From NCBI GenBank assembly GCA_965285935.1, contig OZ260662.1:80290001-80354000 (forward strand): a stretch of 64,000 nt of DNA. The letters are read 5' to 3'. The first letter of the stretch is position 1; every line of letters starts with the position of its first letter. The stretch comes from Ophelia neglecta (lineage: Eukaryota). Below, piece by piece: positions 14,101-26,100 of the stretch. Both the position numbers and the translations under genes were made by a program. The notes below the pieces were generated by a model. The model worked only from the letters and a program-made list of their open reading frames with translations, was not told where the DNA came from and searched no databases.

Positions 14101-17100
14101 GTAAATTAGAATACACTGGGTGAGGAGGATCACCTTCAGGTTCACTAAGTTTTCTGGTTCAAAAACATTGTTTTCTCTCTGAACCAAGGAGCTCATTATG
14201 TTAATTTACAGTCAGTATGCTAATCAAAACCTATTCAGTAGAAAAACTGCTGAGGTTCAAATAACAGCTTAGTCAAGTGACACAAATATTTTAAATGAAT
14301 TGTCAGTATGCCCTGCAGTGTAAACTTGGTCCATCTCCAATTAATAATGAAAAAAATTCAATATTTTGAGAAGGGATCCCCCTGAGGTTATGGCCTACAA
14401 AGGATAATGACAATATTTTGGTGAGTGTCAGGTGGCTGTATTGTTATATCAGTTACACGGTTACACGCTGCATGCTGGCTGAGCAGGAGTGGGATTGATC
14501 CCTTGGTGGAAGTAGGCTGGACTACACTACTTTCTCTTTAGCTGCAGGCCTGGCCACAGCAGCGAACAGGGCAGAGTATATTCAAGATGGCCGCTTTGTG
14601 TAGCCAGTTGGCAAGTAGGCGAGAAGGAGGAAGCCGGGAGTGAAGTGAATTGAGTGGGGAGTTGTGGCAGTGCGCTCCTCGCGCCCGCCCGTGGTGAAGG
14701 GCCTTCCACCGACAGCCAGGTGGGCCCGGCAGCGGGCCCACTGCCGCACACACATATGCACCCACATACTCTGTGTTGTTTTCCCCGCTCTGATGAGCCA
14801 AGAGTACTGTCACTCCTAATCTAATCACGTTAGCACCGATTGCTTGTATTGACAGTGATCAAGTGCTGCAAATAAGCCAACTAATTGTTAGTGAATAAGC
14901 ATGGACATTACCCACAATGCCTGACCAGCTGTCAACCCTGCCCATTGGCACTTCATGCGGGCTAGAAACAAACCACATAAGTGACTCATCATAATTATGC
15001 ATGCTTAAACCATCACTTTATATTCCGTCACTGACAAGATATAGCCAAACAAGACAAAAGTGCAAACTATCTGCCTATAATACAAGCAAGTTTGCCATTT
15101 CAGTTTAAATCAATTGGTAACAAATTCAGTGCTGAACAATCCATTTTACAACACTAATTCATCGTTGTACTGAAAAAGTGTCTGACAATGTACAAAATCA
15201 CCTTGGTTCAATTCCTCATATCACTGGCATTCCAGCCTATTATTTACTTGGCGGAACATACAACGTTCTGTATGTGCTACACCAAACACCTGCTGAATAT
15301 CATAGCAATGAGGGCCCTTCTTAAGTTGTTCACATCAAACAAAGACAGCTTTCAGGTGATAATGTAAAATCAATACATGCATCTAGGCTTACCACTACAG
15401 TCAGAAAAACTTAAAAGTTCAAGACTACACAAATTGTAAAGATGAATAAATATGCGCCAAAAGATGCACATCAACAATTTTCTCAATACAAGAGGGTTTG
15501 CATAAGCCAAGTTTTCCAGTATTCATAGACATGAAGTTCAACACCTTCCTATTATGAATATTTAACACGTTAGCTCTCAAATTGTCAAATCACACTGAGC
15601 AAATCAAGAGTGATTGATGTACATTTTCCAAAGTTAATAAAAGAAGAATAACAATTAAAGGTGTCAAAGATATATCAAGCTCTTTAAACTTGAGATTTCT
15701 TCAATAATTCATGCAGTCATGTACATAACAAGAAAAAACATCTCCAATGAAAGCTTGAGCTTAACTAGAACCAGTTTGATACACTCCTATCTCAAGATGA
15801 AACTTTCAGATCGTGTTGAAACTCAGTCAGAAGCATACCTAAGTCTCACAGAGGCTTCTCAAGGAGTTGAAACAGCCTAATTTGTTCTTGTTTTTATGAT
15901 TGTTAATCAATCGACTATGACTTGAAGTGTTCTCGTTCGGGGCAGTCAGATAACCCATGGAGACATTAAGGCCGTTCAGGTTCTCAGCATTCCATTAATA
16001 ATACACTCAGAGAATATACAACAGCCCTTCAAAGCTCACCACTGACTATTGACGGGCAATCAGCCTGATCAAATCAAGTCAGTGTGCAAAACAATAGCAG
16101 CCGCCTGCAGCCATTCTACCTACTTAGTGTTGCCACAAAATCTACTATATCTCACCAGTTTTGTCATTTCCCTGGTAATGGAGCTTCTGGCAAATAATGA
16201 TACAAAACTACATTTCCCACAATCACTCCCTATATGTAATGAAGATAATGTAGTGATTTATACTGCACATTTGCAAGTCAATTTCCAAAAACAATACGTC
16301 ATGGGATGTATATCTGGCCAGTTATTTACAACCCTATCTTTGGAAGGGACTGGTTAATGGGCTAGGCTTTTGCCATGTACATTATAAACAGAGTACATGT
16401 GAATAGGCAACAACTCTTCAGGCATGCCAATGGTGGGTGTTGAGGGTGTATCGGTTGACTGACTGTGCCCAATTTACCTGGTTGTACAGAGAGAGAGTGT
16501 TTGCCCCACACCAGGTACAAGCCAGCACCCCTTTGAAACCCTACACTGCTAACCCCAGACGCACACAGGGAGGTCACCAGCTTGGTTCTAATTTGTACTC
16601 CGACATTACAACCTTTTGGGCCAGCTCTGCGTGACTTGCCCAAGTAATCACTCTACTTCACCTCCATCACAAAGGACTTCCCCCCCAGGCGATTGAAAAA
16701 GAAGATCGGAAGGAGTGTTTCACTCTGTCTGCAAGTGGGCATACAGACAAAGCATCGGCTATGGATTCAATAAAGAATGCAGAGTTTTTGTTAACTGGCT
16801 GCCAGTTCTACTGTGCCTAACATTAGAAACCCTACTGATCACAATAGGAGATAGGAAAGCAGCAGGCAGGCAAATTGTCTGACCACGATATATGGCCAAT
16901 ATGGACCTCTGTAACTTAATTTGTTGGATAAAATGAACATCTTCTTTTCAAACAAGGCATTCTGCACTAATAAGGCAATATTAGGAAGCATAGGGGTGAA
17001 GATGATGATGCACTGAACATCATTTCACCACTCCTATTTTATCCTGGGCTGTACAGGATGTTATTTCTATCCTTAGACACTTCTATTATACAGGCTACAA

Positions 17101-20100
17101 AATGGTATCCACTTAAAGCACAAATGATTGACATAACATCTGCTCTAAGGGCTTGGCAAAGCAATCTGTTAGACCTTAAAAATATATATGAATATAAAGA
17201 AAGGCAGAAAGTCATATTTGCTCCGAGTGAAATGGAGAAAAAGAAGAGAAGAAAGTGCTGGCACCTTGTGGGTCAGCCCGGCCAAATGATAAGACAATGA
17301 ATGTGGGGAGGTTTGATAAACTTCAAAATGTATCTTCTCAGTGTATTGTGACATTACTGCCCTAATCAGCTGCTATATTCAATATCAAGCCATATACCCT
17401 GAGTATGGGTTAACACATATCCATTATTAATGTCTCCCATTATACAAGTTAATTGAGTAGTTTGTATAGATTTCATCACCAGCAAGCATACTACATGTAT
17501 ATATAATGGTGGTCACAGAGCACTTTATCAATCATTTATCCAATTTCATTACAAAGACACAAGAGGACTTTGTGGCAATTGATCTACACCAGCTCTGTTG
17601 GCAGGCTGGCATCATTTTAGCGGCTGAGCATCTGACTCCAGTCAGGTACTGTTTGGTGAACTGCCATGATCAGGGCGCCTCTTGTCTGGGGAGGAGGCTG
17701 GCTCACCAAATAAATATCTGGCTCCTTTCCTAGCAAGCATACGGGTGTTAGTGTGGGCAGTTAGGGTCACAATTATCTGGCTGCTCAGCCATTGCCATGG
17801 TGCTTTATGGGGTTATGGGTCATCAGAGGGCAGTAGTGAGGGCACCCCACTGACAAATGGGACATTATTAATTAATGCATTATGTATTTAGAGGGGGTCA
17901 CCAGTGCTGGGCTTTATGTGTATGGTTTCAAAATGGTCGTTTGTTGCCAATTGAGGGTTGCTGGAGTTGAAGTATTGGTCATAACTCCTCGGCTACAAAT
18001 CATACCAACACACAAAGCTCCACTTCGGAGAATTATGGTGCTTTTTGTAACATGCTTTATTTCTTTCCTCCTAAAAGTCTTTCAATCCATTCCCGAAATG
18101 GGGATTTTATGCAGAACTGTTTGAAATCAACTAGGTTATTCTGTCCAAATTACCAGCCAATGAATGGCTAAAATGTGCGGTTCAGGAGGCATGGCTGCCA
18201 TTAGTGGATAATCAACAGCAAGCAGTGGGGATATAGCAGATAACTAGAGGTGACACCTCCATTTCCCTTCTTCACAAAATGAAGCATAAAACATTTAATG
18301 TGCGAGCAGCATGCGTTTACCAGGTGAGCAGTTTTCAGAGATGGACTCGCATCATGGTAATCCCTTGTACTCACTACTTCTTTTCTACTGCAGACATCCT
18401 TTAGCAAGTTGCATTAAACTTGGCATATTACAGGGAAGTAAGGCTAAAACACTTTCTTCCTAATATTTTTATACTAGGACTGATTATGGTGTAGTTACCC
18501 AAGAGGGTATCAGAGAAGATGTTTCTGACAATTAAAACAACTCCTCTGTATGGCTGTCAATGATGAGCGGATATGATGACTCCCAGCAGTAATCTTTTAA
18601 TTAACACTCTAAGTCTGAGACACTACACAGAAACACTTTTATTTATCCTAAAGAGGCCAAACTAAGTCAATAGAAATTTTGCATTGTAGGAGTACAAAGT
18701 TTGAATTATTATAAGTAATATATTACATTAAAGGTGAATTGAAAAAGTAATGATTATAAACAGACTGAGTTTCGTCTTAAGTAGTGAATGGTGGAAGAAC
18801 ATGGCAAATTCATTATTATTTCAAACAGGCCACACTGGTAAGCCAGGTTATGGGTGTTTTCAATGAATATTGGCAACACGTACGTGCTGTAATTCTGCTG
18901 AAAATATCCTGGTAATGCCGCTGCGCACATTTAATAATCACACAGAGGCCCCCTGTGACATCAAATCGCTCCACCATGCAAGAGTTAACTGGCAGCGCCC
19001 ACCACTCACAGTGCTGTGCCAAATAATTCATGTGGCGCGGCTGTCACGTCGCCAAATCTGGCCATTACTGTGAAAACTCCATCTAATCCGAGTAGGGAGA
19101 GTTTACCATGTCAGCGGCGATCCCCTCAGCGCTCGCTGACAATGAGCTGTGCAATCTTTTTCAGTGGCGGGTCGAGTTATTGACGCATCAATCAGGGTAG
19201 GCAGGGTTGATCGGAGGAGATCGGGCCGCGCAGTGAACACTATCAGCAGGCTGCAGATCACCAACAGAATTCTCTACTGCAACCGGATGAAAAGACCAGA
19301 CATCGCAGAAATATGAAGTGCGCTCTTTGTGTGCAGTGACAGTTGTCTCACAGCAACAAGAGGAGAATCGATGAAGGAATCGCTGATGGAGATGGAAGGG
19401 GCAGAAGGCGAAGAGAATCAAAGGAGAGGGATGAGAGGAATGTGATTACCAGAAGCCAGTAACAAGATGGCTATTTATAAGGATATGAGCACACAAGAAG
19501 GAGAAATCACTGACAGAGGACAGGAATTGGGTTTTGGCTATACACAGGAGTGTAGATCACACATTCACACCAATTATAAATATGTACTCTATGCTCCATC
19601 AACCACTGTGCCTAAAAGCAGTGGTGTAAAAACACAATGAAGTAGGAATGCTGGGTATTGCTACAATCTTTGAACCCAGTTTATCAAAGATATTTAGGAA
19701 ACAGGGGCATTTACACACAAATACAAATGAGTCAAAACCAAATTATACTTACAGTTTGCTTGTTAGGTAGCAGTTCTTTTCTGATTCTAAAAAAATTCTT
19801 CCCATATTGTCTTAACCCTTTGACAAACTTTTTCTACAAAGAAGAAACATTTACATGATAATAATATTGAATAAGTTTCTAAATGGCCACAAATTGAGTG
19901 ACCAAACAGTATTACAGTTTAAATAAAAAGTAAATATTGTCCTTAGTTGGGAATTTCAAATAAATATTTCACCTAGTATGTATGGTCTCTCTTAAACTTC
20001 CTTTGCAAAGAAATTAACAAAATTTACATGAAGTTTTACCTAAAACTGTGATTGAAATAAGCATGATGTATTCATGTGCTTTATTTCCACACCAAGGGCT

Positions 20101-23100
20101 TATTTTTACAAATGAAAGCAGCACAAAACTGCTATTTCATCTTATACATGGAAACATCACTCTCAGGGGGTGGTAATATACAGACCATGAATAATGCTAT
20201 TCATTGCTGTGTCACACCAAGGTTATTCACCTAGGAAGAACACCAAAACTTGGCTGTACAAGTAAGATCCCTGCAGTCTACCACCCATCACCAAGCTTAG
20301 GTGAGACTGGACTGGTTAATACCAACATGAAAGCTACAAATGACGGTGTATGTTTAACAGACACCCTCTAGGTAAATAACCCTAGTTGAAGCACACTATG
20401 CCTTTCCAGTACTATTCATTGCACTGAAATCCTACCCTTTTCAAGAGAACATGTTGTTGACATGTCATTGCACAGCAAATGTATTGAAATCTCACGCTTG
20501 TATGGAAAGGCTCTCAACTAGGACCAAGTAGGGGATTGTAGCTTGATGAATAAATAAACAAATAATAGATTTCAATAAACCCATCTAAAGGCCACATACA
20601 AGGTAGAAGTAGACGTTTTGTTGGGAATTACTTAAGCTTTTGGACTTTATCGGTATTTAGGGTATGATTATATGGCCACATAGGCTCAAAGTGTAAATAA
20701 CTAGGGGCTAATTACTACATTTACCAAAGTCAAAACCCAAAAAAGCTTTTAATACTGACTTGGCTACTTTAAGTGGCTTTGTTCTCCGACACTGGGTGAG
20801 ACCGGGTGTGAAATAGGCTTGCAGTGAATGGGTCAATTTGGCGTGAAAGTTTTCGATTGTGCATGCCTGATCTTTTAATATCAGCAGCTTGACCCTAATT
20901 CAAAGTGGATTGGGAACCTCCCCAATGCCTTAATGGGAATAATATGCTGTGAAGGATAGGGGATTGTTCCCTGGCTGGTTCTGAACATGAGCTGAATACT
21001 TCACCATCTGTGTCAGGCCAATCTGGCTTAACCCACTCATTTCAATCTCTTAATACCCTTCACTTTCCAGGCCAGAAGACTGAGAAACACCAAACAAACT
21101 GACTTTCAGATTCTCAATCCAATTTATAATACTTCCATTTCTCATCTATCTTCAAAGAGGTAATACAAGCTGGGGTGATACAGCAATAATTGAAGGGTCA
21201 GTGAACTGATTGTAAAGAAACTGCATATGATAATAAAGAAATACACCAGGAGTTGCTTAAGGGCAGGTTAGATTACAGAGCAGACACATTTTCCTTTAAT
21301 GGCACATGTTTCTTTACAATGGGATAGTTTTGTACTTCGACTGTGTATGTGTTGACAGGGAATGTTATTTTAGGACAAGGCTTTTTTCTTAAGACTAAAA
21401 TGGCCTCCAAGTAGTATAGATTGCCTACTTAACAATCCATCTTGTCTAAGAGTAATGACATGGAATGTCTAGTAGAGTAAATACTTACAGCATCTTCTTC
21501 TGACCACCTTTTATCTATGGTTTTGGGGTTGATAGTCTTGACAAGAGACTGGAGAGACTCCCCTGTGTCATACTGATGTTTGTGAAGCTTAAAGAAAAAT
21601 AATGAGATAATAATTTTAAAAAATAAATATGGTGACCTTAATCATATGTGTATAATGAACTTTCATTTCAATAATAATCCACTCGACTTTTAAAAGACAA
21701 AGTATATTTTTTAGATTTGTTTGTTTGTGAATTTGCTATCAATGTCAATTTACTATTCAAGCCACATAGTTCGAAAAAATTGTACCAAGAGCAGCACTTC
21801 AATTAAAAAGATGAAAAACAGCAGAGCATGCCCTGGGTGTTTACCATGTCTAGAGCTGCTATGGTGGTCTCATCCATGGAGGCTGCAGTACAGCCATCCT
21901 CAGGTGTGCCCCCATCACACATCCCAACAAAGGCTGCCATACTCCTGTGAAAATGAAGAGCAAGTTCTAAACGGGTCAGTATGGTAAAACTATTGCTTTC
22001 TATTGGTGCACATAACCTGTATTTACCACAGCAATGTGTTGAACCTGGCTACAATTAGCAGTATTTAACTATGTTTATGTCATGTGCAAGGGGCATAATA
22101 ACCAATACATATTACATTGTGTCATTTCAGAGTTAGCGGCCCATCAGACAGCTGGACTGTCATACATTAAACCCTGTTCACATACTGCTATAATAGAGCA
22201 GTCATGCCACACTCTTCAGCAGACTGCTACATTAGCATAACAGTCACGCAAGAAAAAATGTTGCACCCAATTTATGATGACAAGAAAATTACAGTGCTTG
22301 TGGGTATAGATGGCCTAAAGTAAGCACAAGGCAAACATCAATATATACATACTAGGTTCACCCAATCTCTAAATTATACCTCATGGTCACCAATTACAAT
22401 GGTCCACTGTCTCAGACAGTATCATAACCCTCGTGTATCTTATTAGACAATGTTCAAAGCACACTATTCTGTAATTGTACATGCTTGGTAATACATGCGC
22501 AGCATAAATTAATATAGAGAGCCTGCATTTTCTAATAACAACTTGTGATGCTTGGAATATGAAAAGCAAATGTCAGTAGACAATTAATATGGCCTAGATG
22601 TGACAGAAACAATGTCTAATATCATCTGACCTGGCAGCCCTGAGGAACATGATGAGGTCTCCATCACCAACAGCCGATGGCTTCCACACCAGACTCTCCA
22701 AAGGCTCACACTTCTCGGGCATATCATTGGGATCCACATTGGCTTTGTACTCGGGAAGGCGAGCCTGTGTAAACACATAAACATCATTATATAATACACA
22801 CCTGAAATCTCAACCAACATTATTTCTTCAAAATCATCCATAAACATAATTTACTGATGAACAGCAAGTGGTCATTGTAAAAATCATCATATGGGGAAAC
22901 ATACGCTAGACATTTTTTTCTAATTAATAGATTGTTAATGTTTTACTATATTCATTACACTGAAGATTGTGCCACAATCCATTTTACTTTGACCTGTGAC
23001 ATTTGTCAGGTCCAGTTGTCTGATGGAGGAGAATTGTTTGGGAGACAGCAGGTCCTTTTGTCAGGTAACCAGGTGTCACCACTGAAGACACCATCAGAGA

Positions 23101-26100
23101 CAGTAGCAGAGGGCGGCCAATCCAATTACTATCCAAAGGCTGGTAGAAAATGGTTGAGAAATACTTCTAACGCACATAAAGCATTCATCCAATATTAGAT
23201 TGTGTGTCATATTATGTGAGTAAGCAGACTGCTGTGGACAAAGTAGCAAACTAAACTGGCTGCTTGTTTGTACTGGCATGGCAGTGGCCCCTTAGGTAGA
23301 GCCTACTCTAAACAAATGGTCCCCAAGTGTGTTTATGAAAAGCAGAGTAATATGGTATCTTTCTAAACCTATCAGTTAGTCCTTGCTGTTCTCTGTCTTA
23401 CAGTGTTGACATGAGTGTTCTATCCTTGCACAAAGTAAAGTTTACATTGCTATTTACATAAAATCCAATATAATGTACATATATATATTTTTCAGTATCT
23501 CCCTTGCAATGAAACTTACTATACCTAAAATGGCTTTGATCTGTGAATTGATTGCACTGAAATTTGAATCAGGCTATATTAACATGTTAGAGTTGCATAC
23601 CTTGAAATATATTCAACCAACAGGTAAGATGGCTTGAGAGTGACAGGCGTATAATGGGAGCAATGTACTGTGCAACCAACTGCACACGTCAATTCAGCCG
23701 GCCCTTTAAAACATGATGGGAATGGCAAAGGCAGTGCATTCCAGTCTATGCAGTTGTAAATTGAAATGTGTTAAATACCAGAGGGTATAATGAGATGATT
23801 TAATTGTCAACTCAACTTAAGTCATTCCCTCCACCAGCCCTCAGGTAGTCAGAAGTGAATAAACATGAGGTTTATAGATCAGGCTAGAAATCAATTTACC
23901 AGAACAGGGGGCCTCATTCCAAATAAAATGGGTTCCAGAGCTCAGGGTGCACAGCATTACACAACATATATTACCAGTGGGGAGGTAAGTTTGCTTACTG
24001 AAAGAAGCTTAGTGAGAATGTGGAAAGTGCCCAGCACTGCACCCATCACAGCAGCCATGATTTGTGTATGTTCCCATGTTATGGTGAGCATGTCTGGTCT
24101 GAACACCACACTGTTTCCTGTAGGCAGCTCACATGGCATACATCATGTCCCCACCTTGCTGATTATACCAGATACTCTAACTAACATTTTATTGGTGATG
24201 AAGGTCAAAACCCCTGCTCATAAAAAGATCTATTTGTTCTTGAGCTTCATTCCAATGTTTCTGAAGCAGCCTCCTGTGTTGCTGTTAAACGTTCTGCTAT
24301 CAGACAAGCACCATTTTTGGATGTGGAATAGGACCTGTAGGCTGTATACAGCAATAAATTACTCCTGGGGTCATGACATGTAGATAGAAAACTGCCAACC
24401 CCGCTAACATGTAGAAATAAATAAACAGCACTGAAGTAGACTATCAAAAACTAACAAACAGGGTCGACTGGGAGTCCAGACATGGCAGTAACACACACAG
24501 TTCATTTAGACAGCTGTTACTGCAGGCTTTGTTGATGGTACACACCACCTTCACTTTCAAGTTGTTGGTGATATTAATTTGCCATGTCTAGAAGTTGGGA
24601 ATTCATGTGCCCCAGATGAATTGCAGCCTGTTGGTAGCTTTTGGCATTAGGTGCTGATGGAATTAAATTTCTGTCATTTCTTGAGTGTTTCTTCCAAGTT
24701 AGTATGAGAGAGATCCTCACAGCAAAATAATGTCAGAGGGTTTTGATGCTGCAGAAGGCTGAAGGGAGTGAAAAATCAATACCAGCCAGAGAGCCCATAT
24801 GAAAATCTCGTTCAATCATGGCATGTCGCTTCCCTCGGGTTCCTTCACTGGCGAAATGTCAAATGGATGAGCGGAACACTGCAATGGATCATGGCCGTGT
24901 ACGATCGCCCAGATTAAAATCTCTCACACTATGACCTGCTCACCAATGTACCATTATCACAATTTAGTGAAAAATAGATTGCTTAGTCAGAACCCTTCAA
25001 GCTCCATTTATAATGGCTGGTTAACATGGCTGCCAGAAGAGTGCCTATTGCAAATAAATAGCTGTTGTTCCCTCCAGTCCCATGGTGGAGCCTAAAAGTC
25101 ACCAGCACACATGATTGGTGGCTGGTGACATACCTGCCCATGTACAACTCCCTTAATTCCAGACTAGCCAGGGGCAATATTTGCATCACACCTCTTTTCC
25201 TAAGGATTCTGCATCTTCTAACAGTCTTCTTTCACGAAATAAATTACTGCTTATATTTGCCATGCCCTCAGAATGAAAAATGAAAATTTCGAATCATAAT
25301 AACATCTGCTTTTAACCAATGTTGGTTTCCTTGTGCTTTGATGACTGTATATAAGCAAACAAGATTGTTACATGATTCAAGATAAATACTTAGTCACATC
25401 GACCAAAGGCTAAAAGATCACTTTACTTTAGGCCAAACCGTCGATGCAAATACATATACATTCCTCACACAAGCTATGTGTTAGAACTCTGGTTTTACCT
25501 CAGCTTACATGTTGAAGTGATTATCTTACCTGGTGGCTGGATCCAACCCTGATTTCTCCCTGTGTGGTCGCCAGCCTCTTGGTTTCGGGGTTATACCCCA
25601 AGATATTGAAGAAACAGTCTGGTAGAGGCTTGAAATCTTTGGCTTTGAATATGTCAGTATAGTGAATCACCCGACACTTCCCTCTGAAATGAGTTAAATC
25701 TATCCATTAGCAAATATATCATTATTGTCAATAAAGACATAAATAATAAATTCTTCTGAGGAACAGAATGTTAAACCATTTATAACACAAATAGTTACTC
25801 CTACAAGGGTTAGGAAGCATTTGTCTTATTAATTTCTTCATAGTGGTTTGTACCATATCAACTTAATTATGTGTACTGGTTTTTCAAAACTAGTACATCT
25901 TTTTAAAGTACCATGGATGACTTATTTAATAAGTTTACAGGAAATGGTGTTTCACAAAGCTACTGTTTTATTTTAAATGGTTATCATTATTTAACAATTC
26001 TTTCACTGCTAATTTCAAGGTTTCATAAACAGGATTGATGGCCTTTTTGGGTAATTTGGTTAAAATCAACCAAAGAAGGACAGGACACAAAACTGTGGTT

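Noticed and set aside
16470-16500. Recursive-splice-like YnCAG|GT sites on the minus strand (also near 7712 and 53723)
   Set aside because: Donor halves are non-optimal, several are expected by chance, and the defined introns are at most about 11 kb
23865-24383. Longest ORF in the track (172 aa, plus strand)
   Set aside because: Antisense within an RERE intron, no recognisable domain; plausible as a chance ORF
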